Below the pieces are notes generated by a model that saw only the letters and a list, made by a program, of their open reading frames with translations, was not told where the DNA came from and ran no database searches. A stretch of 64,000 nucleotides of DNA from the human T2T-CHM13v2.0 reference genome, Homo sapiens, in assembly GCF_009914755.1 (NCBI RefSeq), contig NC_060926.1; one strand, written 5' to 3'. Made by a program: the position numbers and the translations under genes. Below are positions 1 through 12,835 of the stretch, piece by piece. The stretch's first letter is position 1. Each line of letters begins with the position of its first letter.

Positions 1-1155
1 TATTAGCTCTGTAATTCCAATCACAATTTGATATTTCTGTGCTATTGTTGTATCACAGTTAATCCAGTTTATTCCAATTCTTTATCTCAGCATATCTATG
101 TAGATATTGATAAAGTTTAAAGGAAAAAAGAGAATCTTGGCGGCACAATTTGCCTGAGACAAATTTTTTTCTTAAAGATTTTGATATTTTGTTTGTTCAA
201 ATTACAGCAGCATAAGTTGCTTGTGTAGGGTATTTGTTCATTCAGGTAACATATTTGTAGAATTTCTACACTAGCTATTGTCATTGGCTATGATCAATGA
301 TAGCTCTGTTCTGCCTACTGTGGAAACATAATAAATGAACAAGCTTCTCTATCTCATTTTTAAAGAAAATTTTTACATTTTTATATGGACTTGGTAATAT
401 TACCTTGACATACAAGAGTAGAAAATTCATTAGTGGTTTAGAAAAAGTGATTATATACATTTTAGTCTGGGTAAATAAAAAGTATATATCATTACTGCCC
501 GGGTTTCATCATCTGTCTAAATGGTTGCACTAATCACTTCTAATTACGGCACTGTAATTTTAAAGAACAACATTTTTGTTAATGTATGTCATTTTAAAGA
601 ATATTTTGTAAATTTTCTTAAGGCCTAAGTTATCTTAAATCATGAATATATAAATATTTGAGTTAATTTTATAATTAATAATTTCCTTTAAGCAAATCAA
701 ACAAATCAAGAACTCTAACAAATATTCATTGTGATTTTTATTGACTATCAAAAGCTACAACATTTTGGTTGATTTCCCTGGATTTTTATGTGTTTTGAAG
801 ATATGAATCTCCTAAAGACTAGAAAGTTGCTTAAGTCTAGTGTAATGCTGGTTAATAAAATGGATATATCTTTAACTTATTGTCCCAAATAATATTTGTT
901 GATTGAAAACCAGATAAATAAATGAGTTAAACTATGTATGGATCATTAGAAATTTACTACATTGTTCTAAGAAAAAATTTTCTTTGCTAAATTATATAGC
1001 ATATGATTATTCAGTTCTGTATTTAATGCTTTACTTATAGTTTAAGATTTCTATTGATTTTCTCCTGTGTAATCACGATGTTGGCACCTTTAGTAAGTTT
1101 GCTCTTTGAAAACATAACCTTACATAACATGCTGAAACGTATTTTCTTTTTTAAG

Positions 1156-1244
1156 GAAAAAATGAGGAAATATCAACAGACTGAAAATATGTTTTCAGAG
1201 GCATAGAATCTTCAGGAAAATACTGGAGTTCCTGAGATCTCAAG
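1156..1244 (+). other. Candidate non-coding (5'UTR/lncRNA) exon, 89 nt
   Basis: Acceptor attttcttttttaag| at 1155 and donor AAG|gttagc at 1244. Purine-rich body with stops in all three frames. Contains a short ORF ATG1162-TAG1206 (MRKYQQTENMFSEA). Confidence 0.6.
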
Positions 1245-2924
1245 GTTAGCAGTTTATACATTATTATTCTCATGCTTTTACAGATTTGGGATATAATCTG
1301 TGCATCTGTTTCAAGTTTCTAATGTGTAATTGGAAATGGTCTTACTTAAAATATGTGTTTTAAACGAAGTCTCCTCAAGATTTTAAAAAATCCATTTATA
1401 TCAGACATACAGTATTTAGTTTCATTAGGGACAATAAAAAGTTGTCTTAATAGAGAACTACTGGTTCTTATAATTTGCTTCATTTTAAAGGGTAGCACTA
1501 TTAGCATAAAAATAAACATTTGACATTTCTATAAATTTTTCTTTCTGATTGTTAAATATAAACCTATTTAGTGAATTTTTCATTTCTTTTGTATCTTTGG
1601 CTGCAAAATGCACACATATACACGTAGTTTAGAAGGATAGCTAATCAGCAATCCTTCTGAAATTCCTTGAATTCCATTTCCTGACTTTTTTTAACTACAG
1701 CCAAATAAATAATGCTATCATTGGAAAGTGTGGCTTCGATAAAATGACAATTAATATGAAGGAACAGGAGGATCTTGGGAATCTTTTCTAAGTTGTTTAG
1801 GATGATATAACTGGAAAAGAAGAATAAGCCTACCCATTATTAAGCAGCTTATTATAATAACAAATTAATGTACAATATTCATTTAGAAGTTATAAATGTA
1901 GGTTAAAGTGGTTTAGTCTAATTGGATACCTTGAAAAAGTAGATGATTTTTGATGTGTTTATATTGTGGGACCCAATATCAACTATTCATAATTTTAAAT
2001 GAAAAAAAATGTGATCTTTCATTTTGATTGTCTTGGTCAGGCATGTCTTCAGTATCTGTATCTATTTCTCATTCTTCCAAGGGTTTATTCATTTATTTAG
2101 GACTTAGCATATGCAAAGCAATGGGCTAAACACTTTGGTTCTTTCTAAGTGAATAGGATATGGTCCTTGTTCTCAAAAATTTCCCAAACAATATGTTACC
2201 TAGAAATTAATTTTACTATTAACTCAGGCAACATATAATTAAACAGACAAGCCAAATTTTGTAAGGGCATGTAATTAATTCTAAAGCTAAATGGGAATTA
2301 TTTGGGGATTATTTGTATTTTCACATTATAGCTTCTATTAGCCTAGAATACTGGCAGCTTATACCAATGTGAATGTCGTTCCATTACAACCCACACCCAA
2401 ATGATTTTTTTATTAAATTAGCTCTTGAAGTATAAAACAAGTAAGAAATATGAGATTCTAGGAATGAAAAGTCTCTTGACACAACTGCAAATTTAATGTC
2501 ATAGAATATAGTTGTGCAATCACCTATGAAAAGAGCAAAGGTGGCATTGCCTACATTTTTTTTTTTAATTCGAGTACATTGGATTTCCTTACTAAGCTCA
2601 TCAGAGAATTAAATCGTCTCCCCAATGACCTAGAAAGACTTGTAGGTTTGAAAGGGATTGAATGCTATAAATCCATAAGGGATCATATGCAAATAGTAGG
2701 TAGGTGAGTACAGGGATTTGAAATGGGTGGGAATGCAGACTCAGCTTGAAGTGCGCAGCACTGTACTTCTCAAGAAAACCTTTTTAAAAGGGTAGTGACT
2801 TAAGAAGTTAATGCAAGTAAAGTAATTTAAAATAGTAAACTTCTTATTTGAAAAATCAGTGAAGAGATCCCTTGCCTCATTGTGCCATTAGAGAAGCAGC
2901 TAAATTAATTTATATAACAACCAT

Positions 2925-3140
2925 AATCATTCAACAAATATTTGTCAAGTGCCTACTATGTGCATGGGGGTATAGGGTGGATTGCTGGGGAGTGACAGCA
3001 ATGAATAAAATAAACCATTCTTGCCTGAGTGGAAATTACATTCTAGTGGATGGAAATAGGTAATAAAAAACAAAATTAATTATGTCTTATGTTTGATGCT
3101 TGTAAGTACCATGGAGAAAAGGGAAAAAAGAAAGGAAATG
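2925..3140 (-). mobile_element. L2 3' end fragment
   Basis: tcattcaacaaatatttgtcaagtgcctactatgtgc is the typical reverse complement of the L2 tail. Confidence 0.7.
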
Positions 3141-3236
3141 TAGAGTGTAAGCAGAGGTAGAATTTTTAAATAAATCTAATGACTTTGCACTACATAATTT
3201 ACACAAAAGAGATAGATGTCACTTCTGTTCACATAG

Positions 3237-3277
3237 TACCCACTAAAAACAAGGATGATGAAATACAACACCTGATG
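3237..3277 (+). other. Candidate small non-coding exon, 41 nt
   Basis: Acceptor tcacttctgttcacatag| and near-consensus donor ATG|gtaagt. Confidence 0.45.
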
Positions 3278-3967
3278 GTAAGTTTTCTAAATCATTAGTA
3301 AGATATATGTTGTAAATGTATGTAAAATCAGTTTCAATTTCACCAGAAAGAAAAGATATTATTTTTTAGAAATGATGATACAGTTACTACAAGTATATGA
3401 AATCAGATAATATTAAAGGACATAGGTCTATCTATGTGCATTTTTATTAGAAAATATATAGAGTTGGAAATTAAATCAATTTTGTGCAATCATTAACAAA
3501 TGAGTGATCAGGGTTTTTTTATGGTAATCTGGTTGGAATATTTTCATTCAATGTTTGGTTCTGAGCACAGGAGTCTGGAAATATGGAAGGCCCAAATACT
3601 CCTGCCTGTTTTCTTGCAATCCATCTATAGTTTAGAACTCATCATATAAAGTGCTGTTATTTTAAAAGTCATTCGGTCTTGACTTTACTGGCTGGAGTTG
3701 AGAGGTTTAGCCGATTTTGTATGCTGAAAAAGTAGTTGAGTCGTTTTGTTTTCATTGAGGATAAGTCAATGTGAATTAAATATCTGGCCATGCAAATAAA
3801 CAAAACAAAATTTGGATTAAGAGATTTCAAAATCTATTAAGTATTGTGATTTTTTTTCAGTCTTCCAAAAGGCAGGTATTTTAAGCAGTATATCATCTAA
3901 AGGACATGTGTCCAATATTAGATTATTAAAAGAAACACAAAGTAAAGTTCACAATTATTTAGAGGCT

Positions 3968-4072
3968 CTCTCTGTATCTATCTATCTATCTATCTGTCTA
4001 TATTTATATATCTATTTTATATATCTATAAATAGATATATAGAAATATATTTTATATATATATATATACATA
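3968..4072. repeat. (TCTA)n / (TA)n microsatellite
   Basis: tctatctatctatc followed by TA-rich runs, adjoining an Alu tail. Confidence 0.9.
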
Positions 4073-4284
4073 TTTTTTTTTCCTTTGAGACAAGGTCTCT
4101 CTCTGTTGCCCAGGCTGGAGCATAGTAGCAGGATCTCGGCTCACTGCAGCCTCAACCTCCTGGGCTCAAGTGATTCTTCTGAGCCTCCCAAGTAGCTGAG
4201 ACTATAGGCATGCACTACCACACTTGGGTAATTTTTTTAAAAAATTTTTTGTAGAGACAAGGTCTTGCTTGTAGCTCAGGCTAG
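4073..4284 (-). mobile_element. AluJ-type element, 5' truncated
   Basis: Poly-T then gagacaaggtctc...ctcactgcagcctcaacctcctgggctcaagtgat (AluJ diagnostic), ending within the left monomer. Confidence 0.9.
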
Positions 4285-4928
4285 AAGAGGGCCTTTCTTA
4301 ATTTAACCAAAGTAGAGAGTGTTTATTACATGCCGTATTGTGGAAAGAATTGATGGTCAGCTCTGTAAGTTTAACCACAAAGAGACAGCTTGTGTTGTCT
4401 GTTACGGGAAAGCCAAAAAAAAAAAAAAAAAAAGAAAAAGAAAAGTAGAGATGCAGAGGGCTGGTTGAAGGTTATGGGGGAAACAAAGACTTCTCATGCA
4501 GTTTTTCTCTGTTAGGGATAGATTCTTCCCAAACCAATATTGAGCTTTGTTGTACTCATCTGGAAACGTCAATGGAAAGAACTAGAAACTCTGGTTGAGG
4601 ACAACTGAAACTTGACTTTTCAAAAGCAGGTAGAAAATAGCATATGCTTTCTTTAAATTCCTTTGCTTTCATCCTCCCTTCATTTGCTTTACAAAATTGC
4701 CAACCCAGGAATCATTTGCAACTCTGTACCACAAATCCAGTTCCCTAGGAATTTTTCCAAATAATGATTCTTCCATTCTCTCACAAACCAACACCCACAT
4801 GAATTTCACATTACCTGGTATGCCCATGCTCTAGGTGGCTCTTTCTTCTCTGACCCTGTCTTCAAATTCTCCAAGTAATTTCCTAGCATTCTTATTCTTC
4901 CATCGTTCTGGCAAATAATTTATCTAAT

Positions 4929-5144
4929 CCAAGGTTTTTCAACTTCAGCACTATTGAGATTTGGATCCAGATAATTCTTTATTGGGGGAGGGGAGAGAGC
5001 TGTCCTTTGCAATGTAGGGCGTTTAGCAGCATTTCTGGTACTAGATGCCATTGGCACTTCATCTTTAGTTATGACAAACAAAAATGTCTTCAGGCATTGA
5101 CCGATGTCCCCTCAGAGCAAAATTAGCCCAGATAGAGAAGCGTT
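4929..5144 (+). mobile_element. MER20-like hAT-Charlie DNA transposon
   Basis: ttttcaacttcagcactattgagatttggatccagataattcttt ... aaaaatgtcttcaggcattgaccgatgtcccct resembles the MER20 consensus. Confidence 0.75.
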
Positions 5145-5257
5145 AAGCCAGCCCTAACTTCTATAATCTCAGTAAACTTCCATCCACTCTACTACAACAA
5201 CCACAAAACCTCCTTAGCACCTCCAGCATCTTGTTCTCAGTTAAAACAGCTCAACAA

Positions 5258-5577
5258 GGCCAGGCATGGTGGCTCGTGCCTGTAATCCCAGCACTTTGGG
5301 AGGTGGAGGTGGGTGAATCACTTGAGTCCAGGAGTTTGAGACCAGCCTGGGCAACATGGCAAAGCCCCATCTCTACAAAAAATACAAAAAATTAGCTGGG
5401 TGCAGTGGTGTGTGTCTGTAGTCCCAGCTATTCAAGTGGCTGAGGCATGAGAATCACTTGAACCTGGAAGGTGGAGGTTGTGGTGAGCTGAGATCATGCC
5501 ACTGCACTCCAGCCCTCCAGCCTGGGTGACAGAGTGAGGCCTTGTCTCAAACAAACAAACAAACAAACAAACAAAAA
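5258..5577 (+). mobile_element. Full-length Alu (J or old S) with (CAAA)n tail
   Basis: Starts ggccaggcatggtggctc, has two monomers, and a degenerate TSD aaaacagctcaaca / aaaaccgcttaaca. Confidence 0.95.
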
Positions 5578-5769
5578 ACCGCTTAACAGATACACTTTAA
5601 ATATCAGTTTCCCTTGCTAAAGTGAAACTCACCTCTATTTGATCATCTGTATGTTTTTATTTTCCTTTTATTTGCTTATACTCGGCCTTGTATCTAAAAC
5701 ATGTTTTACAAAATAATACGACAATATAACATAAGTGGGAAAACAATGGTAAAGAAGAAATAAGGTAAA

Positions 5770-5950
5770 AGCAAGTGAGGTGAAAGGAAAAGAGTTTATT
5801 ACATATGTAACCTGACTTCACCCCTAATGCAATCATTGGGGTGATTACATTGAGACTGAGCTAGCCCCTCAATGCCATTCACTAATGTAATCAGCGGGGT
5901 GAAGTTAGGTTACAAATGTAATAAACTCTTTTCCTTTCACTTCTTTTGCT
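5770..5950. repeat. Inverted repeat with ~55-bp arms and nested hairpins
   Basis: 5770-5824 (agcaagtgaggtgaaaggaaaagagtttattacatatgtaacctgacttcacccc) is the near-perfect reverse complement of 5896-5950. Confidence 0.9.
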
Positions 5951-6379
5951 TAGAATAAAATTAGACTTTTAGTGCCTTTAATAATTCCATGTTCTGCTAG
6001 CTGTGCTTGGAAGTTTGCTTGGAAACTAGCAGCTTACCTCCCACAGCTCTCCAGCCACTCCTTTCTTCCACAGTACATGCAGCCATGAACCCGAGCTATA
6101 GTGAATCCTTTCTTGTACTCACATTCATGAGTGCTACAGGAGCAATTATACCACTCTGCAGATTTATGGTGTTCTAATCTGAGGTAGCCCCTCAATAGCA
6201 TTCACTAATCCTTTCATTCTGACTGTGGTCGGCCACTATTTCAAAAGTTCATTACCCCACTCAAGCCACACAATCTCTCCCTTTCACGATTAGTGCACCT
6301 GCTATTTTAACAAGAAAATTGAGGTCATTGTGTGGAAACTACTTGTGAATCTTTGCAATCCCCTCCAGCATCAAACCAA

Positions 6380-6960
6380 CTAGGTCTATAAACATTTTTT
6401 CTTTCCTTCAATCTCTAAGAGGGCTCAGGAGTCCTTCCTGCTATTCAAGGCAAAGCCTATGTTTGATTTTACTTCCCATCACTGAGGCTGAGACCTTTTG
6501 CCATTAATTGTTTCTTTTTTGTCCTTTATTTCCAACTTTTTCTTCCTTGCTAGCCCTTTTCCTTCAGCCATTCGTGTTCTTCACACTCCTATCCAAAAAA
6601 GCAAATTGACAAACAAAAACAAACCAACCTCTTTCTTCACCACCATCCAATTTCTGTCCTCTTCAACTCATTCAAGCTCTCCAAGCAGTAGTCTACATTC
6701 ATTATCTCCAACTTCTAAGATTCAGTTACTCCTCAGCACAGTGCAATCTGATTTCTAACCCCATTTAACAGAGCATGCACTTTCTAAAGGCACGGATGAC
6801 CCACAGCCCTTATCTTGACTGATTCTCTCAGGGGTATTTGACATTGTTAACTACATTTTTCTTCTTTCACTGCTCCCTCTTGATTTCCCTCACATCTTGT
6901 GGATCTTTTTGTAAAGACCCCTCTCACTGGCTCTTCTGTCTCTATTCTTCCATCCAGAAA
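6380..6960 (+). mobile_element. Old L2 fragment
   Basis: Pyrimidine-rich L2 ORF-like motifs, e.g. cagcacagtgcaatctgatttct and ttgactgattctctcaggggtatttgacattgtt. Confidence 0.55.
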
Positions 6961-7714
6961 GTCACAAACCACAAACTCAAACCCCAATAGGTGGCTATAG
7001 GTAATATAAATGAGTGAAGTTGGCTAACTGAAAACAGTAAACACTACAGAGGTCAAACAACATGCCCACAAAAGTTCTTGATATTTTACTCCTATTCAAA
7101 TGACAGTGCTCCCTGGAGATCCATCTTCATTCTATTGCTCTTTGGTTCTTCTTGTTCTTCCTAATCAAGCAAAGCTGTTATCATGACTTTGTTAATGACA
7201 TAGAGGTCAATACCTCCAACCCTATTCTTCAGCTAAACTACAGAATTACAAGTTATGCGAAATGTCTATGGGGTGTCAATGTCTAACAGGGACACACACA
7301 AAAGCATACATCAGAGCAATAAAATAGAATAAAGAATCCAAAACCATACATGTGATCATAAAGTGCACTGCCAAAATAATCATAACTCAATGAAGAAGCT
7401 CTCCAAGGAAAGTCGATTAACAAACCCAGGTACACATAATTAGTGTCTGATAAAAGAGACAATTCAAATAGCAGGAGGAGGGAAGGACGATGGCTTATTG
7501 AGTAGATGGTACTAAAACAATTCTTTAACTACTTGGGGGAAAATAAGGTGTGATCTGTGCATTACACAATATTAAAGTAAAATTTAAATAAAGATTTAAA
7601 ATAATATTTTAAAATATTATTGAACATTGAATAAATTCAATAGCTTATAGGTATTTATGTGACTTTGGCCTAGAAAAGTATTTAAGCAATGCAAGAAAGC
7701 CAAGTCATTTATTC

Positions 7715-9535
7715 GTTTTTAAACTTATAAACAGTAAAATTCACACTTCTTGGTGTACAGTTTTGTGAGTTTTGACAGTTGTACAGAGTCATGTAACTTT
7801 CGCAACAATCAAATTACAGAACATTTCCATTACTGTTCCCTGACCTTCCCCCTGTCAACTTATCCTTACCTTCATCCCTGGCAACTAATCTGCTCTAGGT
7901 CACTACAGTTTTGCCTTTTCTAGAATGTCTTATCAATGGAACACAGAGAATGTAATCTTTACCATCTGACCTCTTTCATAATGCATTGAGATTCATTCAT
8001 GCTCTTGCATGTATCAATAATTATTTCCTTAGTATTGTTAAGTAGCATTTATTTGTATGACTGTACCATGGCTTGTTTATTCATCCATCCACTTAAAGAT
8101 ATTTAGGTTGTTTAGTTTTTGGTGGTTTGAATATGCTATAAATATCCACGTAGAAATTTGTGTGAGAACTGAAGTTTTTATTTATCATGGGCTAATACCC
8201 TAGAGGGATTATGTATCACATGATGAGTGTATGTTTAGCTTTCTCAGACTGCAAAATTGTTTCCCAAAATGACAAACCATCCTAAATTTCTACCAGCAAA
8301 GGATGAATATTCTCATTGCTCCATGCCTTCACTGACACTTGGTATTATCAGTTTTTATTTTACTTATTTTAACCATTCTAATTATCACTCTGGTTTTAAT
8401 TTGCATATTCTTAATGGATAATAACATTGAACATGTTTTCTTCTGCTTATTCGCCATCTGTTTGTTTTCTTTTGTGAAGTGTTTGTTCATACATTTTGCC
8501 CAAATTATACTAAGTTGTTTTCTATTTTTGAGTTTTGAGAGTTCTTTATAAATATTCTGCATAAAAATCCTGTAGGAAATAGGTGATTTGCAAACATTTT
8601 CTCTCTGTCTGTGGCATGCTTTTTTGTTTTCTTGACCACATCCTTTTAGAGTTTTAAATTTGGTAAAGTCATGATATCAGTTTTTTTCTTCTGTGGATTA
8701 TGATTTTGATGTTTATATATTTCTTTTTTTTCTTCTTCTTCTTTTTTTTTTTTTTTGGAGACAGAGTCTTGCTCTGTCGTCCAGGCTGGAGTGCAGTGGT
8801 GCGATCTAGGCTGACTGTAAACTCCACCTCCTGGGTTAAGTGATTCTCCTGCCTCAGCCTCCCAAAAAGCTGGGACTACAGGCGTGTGACACCACGCTCG
8901 GCTAATTTTTGTATTTTTAGTAGAGACGGGGTTTCATCATCTCGGCAAGGCTGGTCTTGAACTCCTGACCTCAAGTGGCCCACCTGCCTCAGCCTCCCAA
9001 AGTGCTGGGATTAACAGGCATGAACCACCACTCCCAGCCTGATGTTATATCTAAGAGGTCTTTGCTTAACCCAAGGTCACAATGATTTTCAACTATGTTT
9101 TCTTCTAAATGTATTATAATTTTATGTTTTGTATTTAGTCATATGATCTGTTTGGGGTTAATTTTTGCATGTTATGAAAGATTGAAGTTCACAATTTTAC
9201 TTATGTGCTTACGGACATCCAATAGTTTCATCACTTTTTTATAAAAGACTATTTTTTATCCACTAAATTGACTTTGCATTTTTGTCAGAAAATCAATCAC
9301 ATTTGTGCAGGTATATTTCTAGTCTCTATTGTGTCCGACTGACGTATGTATTTATACTTTTTCTATTATCACACTGTCTTTATTACAGTAGCTTTACAGT
9401 AAGTCTTGAAATCATATAGTGTGAATCCTCTTCTTTTACAAAATTGCTTTGGTATTCTAATTCCTTTGTATTACACTGTGAATTTTAGAGTTAGCTTGTA
9501 GATATCTACAAAAAAGCCTGCTGAGATTTTGATCG
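7715..9535 (-). mobile_element. L1M (MB/MC-type) 3'UTR plus ORF2 end, interrupted by an Alu
   Basis: gtgtacagttttgtgagttttgac, gcattgagattcattcatg, ttttaatttgcatattcttaatg and acagtagctttacagtaagtcttgaaatca are antisense L1 hallmarks. Confidence 0.85.
8719..9039 (-). mobile_element. AluS element inserted into L1
   Basis: Full dimer with poly-T/(TTC)n tail. TSD-like gatgtttatat / gatgttatat. Confidence 0.95.
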
Positions 9536-10440
9536 GAAAATTTACCTATGCACATTAGAAAATTCTCTGAATTCTATTTCCAAAATAAAACACTTGAAAA
9601 AATATTCACTGCATATATGATACAAATGGCCAACATTATTAAAATATGGAGTATTACTAGATATCATTAAAAATAAATATGAATCTCATTAGGATAATTG
9701 GCAAAGGCTTGTGAGAGCTTTTCACACAAAAGTTCTGATGACCTCTAAACTTAAAAATTAAAAGACTCAACATAATTAGGAATCAAAAACATTTGCTCTA
9801 TAATGGTCATTTGAAAATATAAAGCTTTGGGAAACAATATAGCATACTGAGAGAGCATCACTGTTAAGGTCTTATTGAACTTTGAGTATACCCCTACTGT
9901 CCAATTATCTGTGAGGACTTAGGCAAACTGCTGAAACTTTATTGATGTTCAGATACTTCATCAATAAAGTAGGCATAGAGTCTGGCACATTGTAAACACT
10001 CAATGTAGGCTATCATAAATACATTCAACACTGATGAGGATGTGGAGAAATGGACCATATCATACTACAGAGATGGGCCAGGAATTTGGTTCGACTTTTC
10101 TAGAAGACTGTTTGTCATTATGTATCATAAATCTTAAAAGTCTGCATGCTCTCTGACTTAGGAATTCCAAATATAAAAAAAGATTAAGGCAATAATTATA
10201 AACACAAAGCAATGTGTACAAAGAGGTTTGTTGAGATAATATTTAAAGTAATAAAATGGGAAACATTTGCATGTCCAAAAATGAGGAAGTCATTAAATAA
10301 ATTATTAAATAGCTATGAAAAGTAAACCTTCTGAGGTATTAAATAAAGGTGTTTTCACAGCATATTTTATGATTAGGGAGCTATCTGAAATATACACATA
10401 AGTGAAAAATAAGTTTATGAAAACCACACTTAAAGTATGA

Positions 10441-10758
<318 letters not shown>

Positions 10759-11159
10759 ACTATTTGTACTCTTAAATGATGTATGTGCATGTAAGAAAGG
10801 ATAATTATATATGTACACACATATAAATATCACACACACACATGCATAAATTAAATCGGTATGTCTGGATGGTTGGCTATGTATTAGATTTATTGCCTTC
10901 TTGGTATTTTTCAGTAGGCTCCAAATTTCCTGAAAACACATCTAATTATTATTTTTAAAAGTAGGTATAGAATATGAAGGGATGGACAATCATAAACAAC
11001 ATAAAGAGATAAATGGCCAACTACTTAAAGTATGTTTATTTCATAGATGACAGTGGAGTTTGAGTAGCCTTATTATTTAAAGACATCCACAAATTAATGA
11101 GAAGATCAACAAGACCCCAGTAGAAAAATGGGCTAAAAGAAAACAAAGGGCAATAGAAA

Positions 11160-11256
11160 GAAAGAGACAGGGAGACAGAGAGAGAGAGAGAAAGAGATAT
11201 GAGAGAAAGAAAGAGAAAAAAGAGAGAGAGAGAGAAAGGAGAGGGAGAGGAGGAAG
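11160..11256. repeat. GA-rich purine tract
   Basis: (GA)n runs and a near-pure purine stretch. Confidence 0.85.
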
Positions 11257-11394
11257 AGCTAATAAATAATAAAAACTTTATACTGAACAGTAGTCAAAGA
11301 AATAGAAATAAAATGATGTAATATTATGTCTATAAATTAGCAAAGTTTTTTTATTACATATTTGTTTCCCAGTCATATACTGTTGATAGAAATG

Positions 11395-12011
11395 TTGAGT
11401 CCTTTGCCTATCTTTTAATCAGGTTGTTTTTTAGCTATTGAGTTTTTTGAGTTCCTTACATATTTTGGATATTAACTCCCTATCAGATGTTTTGATTGCA
11501 AATATTTTATCCTAATTTGCATATTATTTCTTCATCCTATTAACTGCTTCCTTTGCTGTGCAAAACTTGTAAGTTTGATATAATTCCCTTTGTCTATTTT
11601 TGCTTTTGTTGCTTGATCTTTTAGAATCAAATCCAAAAAAATAATTGCCCAGACCAGTGTCATGTGGTGTTTTCCTATGCTTTCTTCTAGTGCAGTTACT
11701 GTTTCAGGTCTTAGGTTTAAGACTTTAATCCATTTTGAGTTGACTTTTGTAACGAATATGAGATAAAAGGATAAAGGTTGTTTCATGTTTCTGCATGTGG
11801 ATATCCAGTTTTCTCAACACTCTTTATTAAAGAGACTGTCTATTCCCCATTGTGTGCTCTTGGCAGCTTTGTGAAATATTAATTGACCATGGATTTTTAA
11901 GTTCATTTCTGGTTTCTCTATTTTATTCTATTGGTCAATTTTTCCATTTTTATGTCAGTACCATACAGTTTTTACTATTATTTCTTTGTAATATACTTTG
12001 AAGTCAGGTAG
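11395..12011 (-). mobile_element. L1 (MA/PB-type) ORF2 fragment
   Basis: The minus-strand ORF at 11532-11786 reads like L1 ORF2 (NSKWIKVLNLRPET, ATKAKIDK). tctgcatgtggatatccagttttc is also L1-like. Confidence 0.85.
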
Positions 12012-12379
12012 TGATGGCAGCAGCAGGTCATCTGGAGTGGCCGCTGCTATCATGCCGGCTGCAGCAGGGAGGTGCAGCTGGGCCTGCATGCTCCATGGGT
12101 CTGGCAGGAGCTGGGGACAAGTGTGAGCCCCATTCCTTCCAAGCTGGGGCAGGAGCTCCCCGGGTGCCACTGTAGCCACCCAAGCCATAGCTGTGGACTT
12201 GGGCATCCCTGTGATCCTGGGGCCAGAGCAGGGGGGAGCCCTGCCCTCCTGGGTGCAGTTGCAGCTGCCCAAACCACGGCTTTGGACCCAGGGGTCCCTG
12301 CATTCTTGGGGGCCCAGGAAGGCCCCCCTGCCCTCACAGGCTCAGAAGTGCCTGCTCCCACTGCTTGGCTTCTGCCTGC
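12012..12379 (+). mobile_element. MER52-type ERV1 LTR, 5' portion only
   Basis: Begins tgatggcagcagcaggtcatctggagtggccgctgc, is GC-rich, and ends abruptly. Confidence 0.75.
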
Positions 12380-12429
12380 AAACTAAAATCAGAATGAGAT
12401 ATTGCCTCACACCAGTCAGAATGGCTAAT

Positions 12430-12835
12430 ACTTTGGGGGAACTGTTGGGAAGGCATAATTGGTTTTGAAATGTGAGGACATGAGATTTGGGAGGGGCCAG
12501 GGGCGAAATGATGTGGTTTGGCTGTGTCTCCACCCAAATTTCATGTTGAATTCCCAAAGGGACCCTGTGGGAGTTAATTGTATCATGGCAGCAGGTCTTT
12601 CCTGTGCTGTTGTTATGATAGTGAATAAGTCTCATGAGATCTGGTGGTTTTAACAGCGGGAGTTTCCCTGCCCAAGCTCTCATTCCCTCTTGCCACCACC
12701 AGGTAAGAAGTGCCTTTTGCCTTCTGCCATGATTGTGAGGCCTCTCCAACCACGTGGAATTGTGTGTTCATTAAACCTATTTTTCTTCCCCTCTCAGGTA
12801 TGTCTTTATTGGCAGCATGGATATGAACTAATTCA
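12430..12835 (+). mobile_element. THE1 (MaLR) internal 3' end with PPT (12430-12508) and 3' LTR (12509-12835)
   Basis: gaggacatgagatttgggaggggccagggg is the polypurine tract, followed by tgatgtggtttggctgtgtc ... gtgaataagtctcatgagatctg ... aactaattca. Confidence 0.9.

Noticed and set aside
11955-12749. Cluster of overlapping 60-135 aa ORFs and an apparent GC island
   Set aside because: Explained by the stop-poor, GC-rich MER52 and THE1 LTR sequence.
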